Source of the DNA: Rhynchobatus australiae | Lineage: Eukaryota | Assembly (NCBI GenBank): GCA_034780895.1 | Contig: JAUZTB010000027.1 | Span: 26,565,864 to 26,629,863, forward strand | Direction: 5' to 3' | Length of the DNA: 64,000 nucleotides | Part shown: piece by piece, positions 50,790 to 64,000 of the stretch | Layout of the letters: each line of letters begins with the position of its first letter | Position numbering within the stretch: position 1 is the stretch's first letter | Notes under the pieces: model-generated | Told to the model about the DNA's origin: nothing | Seen by the model: the letters and a program-made list of their open reading frames with translations, nothing else | Database searches by the model: none | Position numbers and translations under genes: made by a program

Positions 50790-51620
50790 CACTGAGTCTT
50801 CAGAGACACCACATCCTAACTAGACCTCGCTGATGAACAATGTATTCACAGGATCAGATTTCCTATGGCTGTCATCTCAGATACATGATATTGTGTGTGA
50901 AGACCTTCAACTACAGGCTTGCTCCTGGTTTAATCTCTTCATGAATGTGAAGGTCACATTCATTCTTGTCTTCCATGCTGCAGGAATTTTCCAAGTACTG
51001 CCACAGATTTATGCCATGTTCCCCAATATGCTGTATCAGGGCTGTCACCCAGGCACTATATTCATAAAGAAATAATCTTATCTATGTTGATTTCAACAAA
51101 GAGCAGGTGACCAATCAGATTGCTGGCTTTTCTTGAGTCAGGTACTCAATGATTCCCTGATAACAAACAATTTTATGAACAGGAATAGTTTTCACTTCTC
51201 CAATGTGTAGGATTTATGGATCATGAGAAGTTCCTCATCGTGAATGCTACGTTTCTGGGGAACACACACAAGCCTCTCATCCTGAGGGAGTCCCCACCCC
51301 TGCATATTTTCAGCAGCCGGCACTGCCTGGTTTCTGGGTGACCCTCTGGTTCTGTGGCTGCTCACATCAGAGCACTGTGCAAGCACAGCAGCTGAGTACA
51401 GAAACAAGGGATGTAAGGGAACAGGCCCAAGAGGAATATGTCACATGTTGACTCTTTCGGTATTGAGAAGCTTTGCAGTAAGTGACACTATTTAGAGAAT
51501 TCTGGACTGCCAGAGGACAAGAAACAAGGAGACCGAGAGTCTGAGGACTGAGATGGAGCAAAAGGAACTGGAGGAAGAAGGAAGTTACCAGAAAATCTTC
51601 CTTGCTCAGCAAAGATAACC
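50790..51620 (+). pseudogene. HARBI1-like PIF/Harbinger DDE transposase, decayed
   Basis: Across frameshifts: VFRDTTS*LDLADEQCIHRIRF; VKVTFILVFHAAGIFQ; ATDLCHVPQYAV; IAGF; FMNRNSFHFSNV; DHEKFLIVNATFLGNTH...ILRES; WFLGD; WLLT; acidic C-terminus. These are collinear with Harbinger transposase motifs (NRKGFHSxNVQ, PGSxHD, WLLGDxGY). Confidence 0.88.
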
Positions 51621-52404
51621 TCACTTGGAGTTGCCCATGCCGAATGAAGGAACCCCAAAGTGATGATTTCCATAAGGACCCCGCAAATAAAATTCCTCAA
51701 TGCAAACCAAGTAACTAGCTCCACACTACAGTACTGAACATAACAGAGTATACTAAGAATCAGCTAGGAAAGCCCAGAAGATGTATGAAATCCCTTCACA
51801 GCCTGCTGTGTAGGTGCACTTCAATGAATGATTCCCTGACACATTTACTTAGCTGTCCTGTTACAAAATCTCTATTTCCTGATGACTGGCACCTTGCTTA
51901 AACAACTATGACCTCCGCACAAAATCCACTTTCCTCCAACCAGCTCCACTGTACAGGTCTAAACATTGATTGGGACCTTTAGCCCTGTGCATTGCTGCTC
52001 CACATCAAGGGGGTTAGTTAGCTTTGTGCCACAGCAGCTGAGAGAAATGCATTTTGCAATATATTGATCAGATTGGCATTCAGTGGATAGGGGAATACAC
52101 TGAGGAACCATCATTTTAATCCAAAGTCCACAATCATTCAGCAAGATAAATCCATCCTGAGACTTCAAGTAAACTTCATCTTAAGGCAAATGAACATTTC
52201 AGGGTACACAATGGGGTACAACTGATGATATCTTGGTGGTAGAACCATTCATTTCACTCAGTTCAAAACAATTGGATCTGATCGGTGGGTCTGTGGCACT
52301 TTCTGGCACAAGGCATCATTTCTTACCTAATCCCATCACCTTCAATCCCCAGTAAAAAGTGGGGTCCCAAGAGAAGGGAAATGTTGAACAGATATTTCAT
52401 CTCT

Positions 52405-53560
52405 CTACACATCTGCAGTAGCCTTTCCAGGAAAACGTCCTATCCATGATCCCCAGATGGGGTAGTACCAGGTGTGCTCCCTTCCTCTGGTGAGACCCAC
52501 ACCTGATTGTCTACGGCTGGTGCCAATCTGTAGCCGGATAGCACCTGGTGTATTTTCCAGGGACTCCTGTCCTTCTAACCTAATCTGTTCATCTCTGTGG
52601 CATGTCTGGTAGAATGGCGCTCTGTGCTCTCCATCATCAACATCCTGTCTCCCTCTAGTCTTTCCTACAGTGCTTCCTGTTCCTCCAGTTCCTCCTGCTC
52701 TGTGCTGGTGTTCTGGGATGTGGACCAGGACACCGCTGCTACTCCTTGTAAAAGGCAAAACACAATTGTTCTTGTAGGTTGCACGCAGAACATCTCAGTG
52801 GTGATACAGAAACAAGGATAATAACAAAGGAGTCTCCTGTAGACCTGATTAAAGGGTATGTAGTTATTCACAATGAAGCATGGTTAAGGAGCTTACCTGG
52901 CAGGTTTCCTTGGACTTTGGCTGGCGAGGTGGTTTGCGACTCTGTGGTCCTTCTGCCTCTCCTCCGAAATGGTGAGGTGTTTCACTCCTGAGGGTCCCCC
53001 ACCCATGCAGGCAGCTTCCCTCTTATACCAGTTTGTCTCAGCCAGAATGGAGGAGATAAAGGACATTGGGTGACCTATTCATTATACTGCTTTTGGAAGT
53101 TTGACTTGTATGTAGAGGTGGAGGGGGAACAATGTCAATGGTGGGGTGAGACTGGGAGATGATGCAGAAAAGGTTTGGTGATGTGTAAAGGGATTAGCGC
53201 TAGGGGTCGTCACAGCAGCGTACCAGGTTAGATGGGNNNNNNNNNNCTCTACCTCAAAATAGACAACCCTTCAAAGGAAGGTTCAGTGCATTGACATGAA
53301 AATGGATTCAACTTTATGGGGATGCAGTTTGTGTGATTAACATTATGTAAGTGATCAATTGGGTATGTGTAGCATGTCAGTATCTGTCATGGTATCCAGT
53401 CCATCTCTATGTAAAGATCATGAAACTTCTTGAAGCATTGCTCCAAGCCGTGGGGATCTCACGTTCAGAAGAGAACATTTAATTCACTTCCTGCCATGTA
53501 TCTCCTCCTTCCTGATATACATCTCATCTATTAGCATTTCCATGTCTCCACTGTATTGCA
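52405..53560 (-). pseudogene. Harbinger Myb/SANT-like partner gene, multi-exon, decayed
   Basis: 53410-53560: SGDMEMLIDEMYIRKEEI..WQEV...EQCFKKFHDL; ~52900-53040: KREAACMGGGPSGVKHLTISEER (TGGGP...LT..EE motif); GT-AG intron 52896-52745; downstream acidic, coiled-coil-like EQEELEEQEAL. Confidence 0.78.
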
Positions 53561-54849
53561 TTTCAAAACATTGTCACTGATTCCTTTAAATCTACCAAGG
53601 TCTCAATGTATCGTTTCAGCATAGAGAGATCCATATCATACTGGTTAGGTATGACTAACAGAAATTGAAGCATAGATTTTTGTTCCAAATCACAATCTTA
53701 CAGCCACCTCAAAACTAGAAAATAGAATAAACAGGATTACGTCAGGAGTGGTCAAATTAGAGCCTGCACTTTTCTTGAGGGAAGCATTAATCCAGATTTG
53801 AGATTTAGCCACAGCTGTAAATGATAACCGTGTCATCTGAACTTTGCCGTGAGATGCCCTATCAATGGAGCCTGGAGATTCTATCAATCTCTGTATGTTT
53901 GAGGTTAATTAGAGAAACTAAAAATTAATTATGGCTCAAAAATGAGAACATCAAAACAAAACACTCACTTTATTGATTAAATACTAGGAATCAGTTTATT
54001 TTATTTGGAAAAGAGAGAACTAACTATTTTTCATTGAATGTCACTCTTTATTGGACAGCCACTATCCTAAGACATTAATCTGTTTCACACAGTCAGAGCT
54101 AATTCTGTAGTTCTATTGGTGATAATTTTACCAATGTTTTTGCCAGAGAAATTAGAAAACAACCAAGTTGGGGAAATAGTGCATAGTTAAATCTAGACAT
54201 ATTAAATATGTGCCTGCTATAGATCTTTAATGTGGCCTGACTGAAGCATGCAAAATTGATGCATGTATTAGTCATGTCTTCAGAGACAGCTTATAGTCCT
54301 ACAGAAACAAGGAAGCTGGCCTGCAGAGCACCTGAGAATACTGACCATAGCATAAAAGGTGATCTTTGCAGTTAGTTGCTCATGTATTTTGGAAAGAGTG
54401 CTTCAACCACAATACATTAAGAGTCTGATGCTTATTTTAGACAGAACTACTAGAAATTGTTAGAAAAAAGTAATTGCAGATTTTATGCATAAATCACAGA
54501 TTCAAAGTGTCTCCTACTTCTGTCAGAAGATCCACCCATTAGGAAATTGTACTGGGCACTTCCTGTTGCAATTCACTCCAAAAATGTCTGTTATATTTTG
54601 CATCTGTGATGACTTCAACATGACAGTACTTAATAAAAACTCATTGGCATAAATTGAATCAAAATATTATGACTCAGCATCTTTCATTTGCAAACTCAAT
54701 AAAACAAGTGGTAAAACATTCTAGATTTGGTTTAGTGTTCCTGCTTCGACATCATTCTTAGATGTAGAAACACCACCCAATTCATTTTTAATAAAATACC
54801 ATTGCCTGCAACACTAACCACAAATTGATACATCCAGCACTGATGGGCA

Positions 54850-55450
54850 TTTTGATTTATGGTGACTTTGGGTCTTGTGATGTTGGGCATGGTTAGCCCA
54901 CTCTGTAGCTGCATAAATGACATGGCTGCTGCTTGTTGAACAAACAATTGCTGCATGCAGATGAACATACTGTTATGTACTACATCTAAAAGGGAGAAAA
55001 GTTCAGCTGCATTTTCATACAGCTCAGATGTCCCAGTCTGATGCACTTTTTNNNNNNNNNNNNNNNNNNNNNNNNNNNNNNNNNNNNNNNNNNNNNNNNN
55101 NNNNNNNNNNNNNNNNNNNNNNNNNNNNNNNNNNNNNNNNNNNNNNNNNNNCACTTTTTGGTGGACCCAAATTTGGTGTTTGTTCCGAGGGCAATATCTG
55201 TCGATCAGACCAAGTAAAAAGGATATCCAGTTTCTGGGCATAAGTGCCTGCCCACCCACAATTAACAGAAAAAAGTTGTGCTGTACTTTTGAAAATCTGG
55301 ATAATCCGAAGTAGAACAATTTAGCACACTAACATAGGTTTCTTAAAGCTTGTTGAGATATTCTGCCCCTTACTTTTCAGTGAGAAATTTATTCTGGGCT
55401 CTTTCAGCATATAGTTCATTCAAATGAAATCAACAATATCTCATCATGAA
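54850..55450 (+). mobile_element. Ancient CR1/Crack-like LINE RT fragment
   Basis: CINDMAAAC / LLHADEH resembles YINDM...LLYADD; QFLGI lies further downstream. Confidence 0.45.
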
Positions 55451-58294
55451 AGTTCATCTCCATTGAGATTTCCAGTTTCACTGATCTGATAAAAAAGTTC
55501 TTATTTACTCACAGAACACCAGGTTTCAGTAACCTTAATCCTCTATGTGAAGTCCCAGGTCCAAAACTAAACTTTCTGTATTTACTGAGATCTTTGACCA
55601 CTCTTGGACTTCTTTGTCCAGGGTGGTCAAGGTCACAGTCACTCTCAGAGTCATTCCAGGTTGAGAAAATAATCTGTCACTTCTCAGTTTGCTGCACACT
55701 GCTGTATCAGAGAGATTACCCAAACTTTGTTCTCAAGGAAAGAATACTTCACCTACTTTTCTTTCAGCCAAATGGAATAAGCCTCAAAAACATTCTGAAG
55801 GGCTGTTTTGACATGAGCTCACATTGTCCATAATCATGGAAAAGTTATGTAGCATTGGTGTTGCATGTTGTTCAAAGTCACTGAACAGGTGAGATGGGCA
55901 GGGAAACCAGAAGGAAAATCATGGTATGTCCACAGGATTCTTCACAATTGACTTCTCATCTAAATTGAATTGCATATTGCACAGCTCCTAGGCCAGTGGT
56001 ATGGTGGCAATAACACCCACCTTCAGACAGGACATGTGTTGATGGATGATATTTCTGTGCCAGTGAGCTTGAAGTGATACACAAGAGGATGGAGGCATTA
56101 GCTCTGACCTTGAGTTTATGCTTTTACTTTCCCATTGCTGCTTCTAATCAACCGAAGAATTTCAAAGGTGGGGTCTTATGAAGAATTTGTGGGCTCATGA
56201 ATACCAAACTGATTTCCTGATTCAAATAAACCTTTTGTTATAATCCTCACATCATTAAAAACAATAGAATTATGCCACATCTGGCATAAGTAACCTAGCC
56301 CCTGAATGTTAATTTCTATCTGCATTCTATTTCTATATATGTCAGGCACCCACAGCAGGTAAAATGTGCTGAGTTAGTCAGGGCTGCAGACAACTGGCTG
56401 CTATTCACAATATCTGAAAGAACAGTCATATGGCAGATTGAACTAGCACCGACTCTCATTCATGGACCTGCAGTCTGCTGCAGAAAGAACTTGAGACATA
56501 TGAGGATGATCTACTTTTTCTTTGCCACCATAATTTTCATTCTCTTAAAAAGGATGTTAACTCATCATTGTCATATTACATTCTGTTTAAGGCAGGTCTC
56601 AATTTAGGATTGAGTTCTCTGGCTACCCACCCATGCTACATGCACCTTGTGCCCTTAAAATCCTTTCTTCCATACCTCTGTTATACTTCAGTTGTTTGAC
56701 ATTTTACAATGAATCTATCTTTGCTTTCCCATGTGTACCCACCATCAGTACACAATGCTTAGTGGTCAATGACTGGTGCAGAAGTGTGCCAGCACTCTTC
56801 TCACTGATGGAGATTGGTCCAAGATTCAAGACTGAATACTCACATTCTTTTCCTAGCAACCTTCCCTGCCTTCTTAATTCCAAGGGGTAATTGTTATCCG
56901 TTCCTAGCTTATATCCTCCTTTCTTGCAAATCAATCACAGCAACAAGGACGATCAGAGAGGAAAGGTGATGGCAAGGGAAAAGAACAGGCTGCCTATTCT
57001 GCCTTATAATGGTGGAGGAGTACAAACTTGAGACAGGAATAGAGACGATGAATGTGGATTGAAGCCATTCTATGGCTTGCTATAGAGATCTTCTGCCTGT
57101 GCTCTTCAAGATACCTTCTGGTTTTACTTCTTTTGGGCATTGGCCTGTAGACTTCTTCCAATAGCAGGTACAAGTCATGGCAGCAGCAAGATTTCCATGG
57201 AATCACTGTANNNNNNNNNNNNNNNNCCCCCCCCCAAGAACAGTGGATAAAGCATTATTTCCTAGTTAAAAAGTGCAAATGGAAGTGACAGTATAGCAAA
57301 GGACAGACATGACTTTGTTCCAAGCCCATTTTGGTTGTATTGGTATTTAGCAAAAGAAATACAGGTAAGGTTACTTCAGAGAGAAGTATCACTACGTTTT
57401 AAAACTATATATGACTCAGATGTGGATTACAGTGGGAGAATAAGACATTAATCTTTCATGTCCACTGTGAGAAGCATACAACAGCTGTCTGGGAGTATGC
57501 AGCAGGGACATTACTATGCTGCTGGGGGAGGAATTCACACAAGTGCAGAGTTCCATGGAACTAATAGCGTCTTTACAGCCATCTGGAGAGAAGTTTGAAA
57601 GCAAGAAGGACCAATTGCAGATCAGCATTCTTTTATGAACCTTGTGACTAACATCCAAATACTGGACTCTATCACTGCCGTGCAGAAAGTGGTGGAAAAT
57701 CTTTTAGATATGTTTATTAATCTATATAGAGCTGCACCACACACATCTGTTTAGTCTGAGCTAGGTGGTTTTTAGGTATGTGTTTATCCCACATGCTCAA
57801 CATGATTGCTTTTGAATTTGTTCTCTATTTATGTTGAATAGTTTACCCCAAATAAATTAGTTATGTTATTACCTCATTTCATTGAGACCAATTGGATTAA
57901 AGTTTATAGGGCCAGATCCTGGCCCCTGGTATTTCAGAATCAGATTATTTGTGGCCACTCTTTCCCAAGGGTTCAATGACTTCATTCTGTTTGTTGTCTG
58001 GGTCATTTATGAATATCAGGTCGACATGAACTTCTGGGGTGCATTGGGTCATGAAACAGTTATGCATTACATTTAACAACACTGACTTAAACCACTCGAG
58101 TTTTCCCAATGTACTTCAGATTTATTGTCCGTTAAAGTAAGCATGTCACTTGTCACATTGGATAAGATTTGTCTATGGTGATCAGGAGATGCATCAAAAT
58201 CCTTTCAAACCTTTACTGCTGTGCTGAACTAAGGTTCCTGCACTTTTTGCAGCACCCTGTTGTAAAACTGGACTGCCCCAGAGCTTCCCACAAA

Positions 58295-58435
58295 GTGCTG
58301 GAGGAACTGGTGAAGGGTCTCAGCCTGAAATGTCAACTGTACATTTCCTCCACAGATACTGCCTGACCCGCTGAGTTTTTCCAAAGCTTTGTACATTGAT
58401 CCAGATTTCCAGCATCTGCAGTCTCTTGTGTCTCC
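58295..58435 (+). mobile_element. Penelope-like terminal fragment with decayed hammerhead core
   Basis: ctggtgaagggtctcagcctgaaatgtc...cctgacccgctgagt...ccagcatctgcagtc. Confidence 0.55.
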
Positions 58436-58849
58436 ATTTTGCTGCCCCACAACTTGACCCATTGTGGACAATGTGGTCAACAAGGACCATGAGTCCTTGG
58501 CACTCCTATTTCATCCAGCTTAGTTACTGGACTGCCTTAAAGTTGCTACCCAGTTTATGGAAATCCCTCTGCCCAATTTCCACCTAACACAACTGATTTT
58601 TGACCATTTAAGTTTCTTCTGGCCTTTCCAGCAAAGTTACTGGGTATTCTACCAGTTCTTACCTTTAGGTTTGAAGCTCAAGCACTTGGTGGTAGGTTAG
58701 CAGTATGCTTTCAATCCAAGATAGGACCACTGGCATCTGGGTTCTCTCCTGGGACTATGAATCAGCACCTCAGCACTCCCCTGGTTTTGTGTAAGAATAA
58801 AGTATAGCAGCTGTATAAGACCTTCGAGATACCAGCCATCAAAGCCTAG

Positions 58850-59200
58850 GTTGGTACAGTGGTGCAGCAGTTAGTGCTCCTGTCTCAGTGCTCCAGGAAT
58901 CCAGTTCAACCCTGACCTCATATGCTATCTGTGTGGAGTTTACATGTTCTCCTTGTGATTACAAGGGTTTCCAGCAGAAGCTCTAGTGCTCTCTCAATCC
59001 CAAAGATGTTCAGGGTAGTCCAATTGACTGCTGTAAATTTCCCTCTAATGTAGATAAGAACCAAAGGGCAATTGATGAGCATGCAAGAGAGAAAGTTGCA
59101 GGGGTACAGGGAGGTAAGAGGGAAAAGGAAAATTGGGATGCTCTGCTGGGAGCCAGCATGGACCCATTGGGCCAAATGGCCTCCTTCTGTATCATAGTAA
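58850..59200 (+). mobile_element. V-SINE (HE1-like), full length, diverged
   Basis: ggtacagtggtgcagcagttagtgct (A-box), ccagttcaaccctg (B-box), tgtgtggagtttacatgttctcc V-domain, 3' gggccaaatggcctccttctgt tail. Confidence 0.8.
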
Positions 59201-60674
59201 ATACAGTCCTTAAAAATGGCAGCAAGCCAAGGTTCCATGGCTGAGCAAGAACTTTGGGAGATGCTTTCAAAGTGGCCTTTGCAGGTGTTACTCAGCATTG
59301 TCTGCATACTTAACATAGGACCCTGCTGCTTTCCTCCAGACTCCCTCAAAAGAGCTGATGAATATCAGGACACAATGGAAAGGTGGGGAAATGACTGGTA
59401 TCCCATCATTTTCCTACTGTGTAGCCAGTCCTTCCTGCATGCCTTATACCATAAGGAACTGTCAGCACCATTTCACCTTGTCCTTGGAACTAGTTAAAGA
59501 GGGGCATATAACACAGGCCAGCCCAAGCCTGGCTGTATTGTTCAGTGCAGAATAACTACTGAGTCCACAAGTCTTATTGCCCCACACTTCCCAGGTGAAG
59601 CTTGTGTGGTTGCCAATTTCACCATTTTAACAACAGAGGTATAAATAACAACTGAACAAATCAGCAGTACCAGGGATGTCACAGTGTTGAGCAAAGAGCA
59701 AGCTCACAGAGAACCCAAATGCAGCACACTGGTACAGGACTGGAGTCAGGATNNNNNNNNNNNNNNNNNNNNNNNNNNNNNNNNNNNNNNNNNNNNNNNN
59801 NNNNNNNNNNNNNNNNNNNNNNNNNNNNNNNNNNNNNNNNNNNNNNNNNNNNTGATGGGGCTCAGGTGTGTGTCATTATACAATCAGTCCAGCATGGAAT
59901 CCATGTGCTGGACAACAAGGCATCTAAGGGTCTAAATCAAGGGCCAGTACTCAGAACCATGACAAGGGAACCAGAAAAAAAGATGTAAACTGTGCATGAT
60001 TAACCATGCCCAACTGGTGAAAGTATGCTGCAGACCTGAGGGTCTCACGATTAACTCTTGCTGCCCAGCATAAACCAAGTGGAGCAGCAGTTAGACTGAA
60101 ACTAGTTACTGAAGCTCTGGCACCTGACTGCCTTCCCACCACATCATGATCTCAATCAGCTTTTCTGAGTTTACCACCACATCCTGATCTTAACCATCTT
60201 CTTTGAGTAGCCTGCAAGAAATCAGCGGGGTTCATCTTTAAGTATGTGATGAAGTCAGAGCCAGAGTGACTGCTTCCCCTTTCGACCATTCCTGCTGGTG
60301 GTTGGACTGTGAGCCAGGTACACTTCTGCTTGTGGCCTTCTTTACAAGCCAGGAGCAGCAGATAACAAACAGCATTGGAGCTTACACACCAAATCGTGCA
60401 AGAAGTAATGTAACCTTGAGAGATTGTAAATTAAAGTAGCAGAAACACAAATAGCAATGAATATTCAATTTACAGCCAATCCAGTTAGCAATTAGCTGCA
60501 CATTATGGTCATGACATGATATGATGTGCAAAGCCATTGTCAACTACAAATTTCAAATAGAATATGTGGCACGTTGGATTATGGGTTTGCATATAATGCA
60601 ATAATATGTTAAGTATGTACTTTGTATAGATGAGAATTGAATGCTGAACATATTGGGAGACAGTAAAATTTTAA

Positions 60675-60910
60675 AAAACTGCAGATACTGGAAATCTAAA
60701 ATAAAGACAAAAAATGCTGGAAATACTCGGCTAATCAGGTTGCATCTGTCAGAAGAGAAACAGAGTTGATGTTTCATGTTGGAGACCCTTCATCAGAAGA
60801 CCTTTGTCTTTGTCACCAGGTCTGACAAAAGGTCTCCAACCCGAAACATTGACTCTATTTCTCTTCCCACAGATGCAGCCTGATCTGCTGAGTATTTCCA
60901 GCATTTTCTG
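60675..60910. mobile_element. Head-to-head palindrome of Penelope-like termini (~87-bp arms 60711-60797 / 60821-60907)
   Basis: The two arms are approximate reverse complements; the minus strand of the left arm reads CTGATGA-AGGGTCTCCAACAT-GAAAC. Confidence 0.7.
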
Positions 60911-63551
60911 TTTCTGTATAGGGAGACAGTGCCTAACAGCCAACAATTCTGGGCCACGTCATTTGCATCAGCTGCTATTCAATTGTCTTACATTGACTGG
61001 CACCTTAAAGTTTGCCATCTTGTGCTGCATCTGAAGCTCTTCTTAGCTTTGCCTGTTCTCACCCTTCACCATGTGTTGTGGAGTTGTCTGAGATCACTGG
61101 AGGATCAAACAGAACAGCTGGTCTCCCAAAGCATCAGCCACATCATTTGCCAATCACCAAGCAGAAATCAGGTGGTACTTCACTTCAATCTCTTCAATCT
61201 CTCTTTTGTGTTTTGGCATTTATTTTCCAACCACTTTTGACCTAGACTAGTGATTTTCACAATGTTGCAGCTGGGGGCCACTTTGGCAAAAAGCCTGCAT
61301 TGTGAGAGTCACATTAATTCTATTACTGTTCATTAATGGTTCTCTCTTTCTCTCCCTAAGTAAACAACAAAAACAGCGAATGTTGGAGGCACTCAGCTGT
61401 TCAAACAGAGTCACCAAGTTCCAACTCCTGATCCCACCCACACTCATGCCCTGGCTCATGGCCCTTCCCCACATAACCATCCCCAATCCCGGTCACGCTC
61501 CATCCCATGACTCCACTTTGTCCCATTCTTCCCAGTGGTCCATCACCACACTGTCCCCACTCCTGGCTATATTCTGGCCCCTGGCTCCTGTTGGAGCTTC
61601 ATTTTAGGTGGATGGGAACTGCCGTTACCTTGTTAGCCTTGCAATGAAGAATATTGTCCTACATAGTAACTGCAAACCAAAAATGCTACAGATGCTGCAA
61701 ACCTGAAATAAAATCAGGGATAGTTGGGGATAGTCAGCAAATCAGGTAGGATATATTGAGAGTGAAATATAGTCAACGTTTCAGGTCAAAGGTCCTCCTT
61801 TTTATCTAAAACAGCTTGTTCAAAGGTTAACGTATTCTCGTCTTTCACAGCTTTAGAATCATTTAATTCTTTATCTAGCTACATGTGTATATTATTCAGC
61901 ACTTTACCTTTTATATGAATTTTATATAAATTTATGTGATTCTTCCCTTCCTTTCCATAGCTGGAGAACTTGTGCAAATATGTGAACATTTTGTGGAAGT
62001 TTGAATTTATTAGGATTCATTTTACAACACCATTGCTTGGTTGGGAGCTTGGTGGGATGGAGCTCCTCCTGGGAAATCATGGGGGCTGCCTGCCGTTTCT
62101 TGATCTGTGCTCCCAGTGAGTGAGGCTATGCTGCAGGAGTGCACATTGGTGAAATTGGCTTCATTATGTAAATGACCTGATCTTGCAGACAGGGTTTGCT
62201 ATTACTGGCAGGTGGCAGGGGGCAACTATCCAGCTGACCTGTATGCCCTGCCATATTAGCTAGAAGATATTTTATTTTCCTTGCCCTCTCTCAGTGCCTG
62301 CCATTCAACCTATTATTAGAACAACACCATTTGGATATCAGTCATATCAATAGATTAACTTTGTTCAAGCTTCACCTTTAGTCTGAAACAGTCAGGAGCA
62401 ACATCACAGTAACTATTAGGATCTTGCACTCCAGTTTATTTGGCTTTCAGCTTTTGAAGACTTGTTACTGAAACTGGAAGCTTCAAGCTAAGTCTAGATA
62501 TCAAAACATAAACTATTTGAGGCCAGGCTATAATAAATGCCTGAAGAATTAATCTTCATTATGCCTGTCCATTACCCAAAAATCTGAGCATAGGGAACTC
62601 ATTCTTTTATATGGCATAGTCATTTATGGCTTGGAATGTTTGGTGTGCATGTTGATACAGTGATATATCTTTCATGCATTGAAAATGCTTTTTCTGCCTT
62701 CATGATAAAGAATTTATCTTCATAAGATTTACTATTATTTGGATTTGAATTCTTTGCACAGTTAGCTTGCTTCATATGGAAGAATAGTGGAGTGCACCAG
62801 AATTCAAGTTTGTCATATTTTGGAGAAACATGCTCTCACATTACGGAATCAATGTTTGCGTGTCTCCATAACCTCTAATTATTAGGGGTGGTCTGTTTGC
62901 TTCTCTCAACCGCTCTCCCCTAACCCCTCCACCAATTTGCTCATACAGGGCTCTTTCCTCCCCTACCTGTTAGATCTGCACATATCTTGAGTGGATTTTC
63001 AGCTGGCAACTTCCTGAACCAAGCCAATTCCAGCCTTATGGTGAGACATTGAATAATGGAATCTGACATGTAGCCTGGATAAACCCCACCCATAGAAAAG
63101 TTTTGACACCAACTAAGTCACGTCCACAGACTCATTCAACTGTCGAATTGTGTCAGACGTTCACAATCGAAGACTATTAACAAATGACAACAATATTAGT
63201 TGTTTCAAAAGTACTATACTTTTTTAAAAAGGAAGTGAATAAAAACATATAAAAGAAACTGAAAACATTTAAGTTTTCAGAATGAATTAAAAATAAGTTA
63301 ACCACCTAAAACTACCTCAGAGCTATTTTTCTTCACTGTAATGAATGGAATCACTAACTGTGTACCATCAAAACGGCACAAATTTAACAGGCAGATTTCC
63401 CAGAATTAATTGCTGGGAATTAAGGGTGGTCAGTGATCTGCCACTGAACTCAGTGAGAAATCTAACTTCACTGAGCATTGGACAAACCACTGTTGAGCCC
63501 CTTTCTGGGAGTGTAAGACTTCTGCACTTGTGCAAACCTATGCGTGAATTC

Positions 63552-63915
63552 TCAGAATCAGAATCAGGGGTATTATCATTGACATATGATGTGAAATTTA
63601 TTGTTTTGTGGCAGCAGTACAGTGCAAAGGCATAAAATCTATAAATTACAAAAATAAATAAATAGTGCAAACATAAGGGAATACAAGATAATGTTCATGG
63701 GTTCATGGATCATTCAGAAATCTGATGGCAGAGGGGAAGAAGCTGTTCCCCTTGAGTTTGGGTCTTCAGACTCCTGTACCTCATCCTTGATGGCATTAAT
63801 GAGAAGAGAGTGTGTCTCAGATGGTGGGGGTCCTTAATGTTAGATGCCACCTTCTTGAGGCACCGCCTCTTGAAGATGTACTCGATGACGGGGAGGGTTG
63901 TGGCCGTGATGGAGC
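63552..63915 (-). mobile_element. Rex1/Babar LINE 3' fragment
   Basis: tcagaatcagaatcagg tail (reverse complement of ttctga repeats), then the reverse-complemented 3' UTR and ORF end shared with 29707-30292. Confidence 0.9.
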
Positions 63916-64000
63916 TTGGAAATTGCTGAGTCTAAGCATATATTTACGGAGGAAAATGTTCACAATCCTGGAAGGAACAATCAATATTTTGGAGGAAAGT

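Noticed and set aside
51192-51407. Minus ORF with DEELLMIH, superficially like class II HDACs
   Set aside because: It is the antisense of the Harbinger transposase remnant.
1-64000. CRISPR arrays, operons, rRNA or true tRNA genes
   Set aside because: This is vertebrate-type genomic DNA; no regularly spaced repeat-spacer array was seen, and the tRNA-like boxes belong to SINEs.

Overview
Eukaryotic, AT-rich, gap-ridden draft sequence, most likely from a cartilaginous fish (ray/shark), inferred from the repeat complement: HE1-like V-SINEs, SacSINE1-like Deu-SINEs, CR1, Rex1/Babar, RTE, L2, Tx1 and Penelope-type termini. Nearly all ORF-track entries are spurious, N-spanning or decayed transposon fragments. 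One host-gene feature is supported: a minus-strand promoter and first exon (palindromic TATA 36453-36464, CpG-enriched 5' UTR, strong-Kozak ATG at 36081, 98-nt CDS MDVLTSSMITEMDNSLTSVQTTIKRDLVLPQG-R/S, GT donor at 35983). The left ~36 kb is therefore probably intronic; I cannot name the gene. Unusual structures: (1) a ~1.7-kb element with ~230-bp imperfect terminal inverted repeats, flanked by a perfect 23-27-bp direct repeat whose empty site has its own inverted arms; (2) a 105-bp, 95%-identical inverted duplication without a TSD; (3) a nearly complete two-gene PIF/Harbinger fossil with a recognisable intron, plus further Harbinger pieces; (4) Penelope-like ends with decayed hammerhead-ribozyme cores. 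All family calls come from manual translation and motif recall, with no database search; repeat boundaries are approximate.
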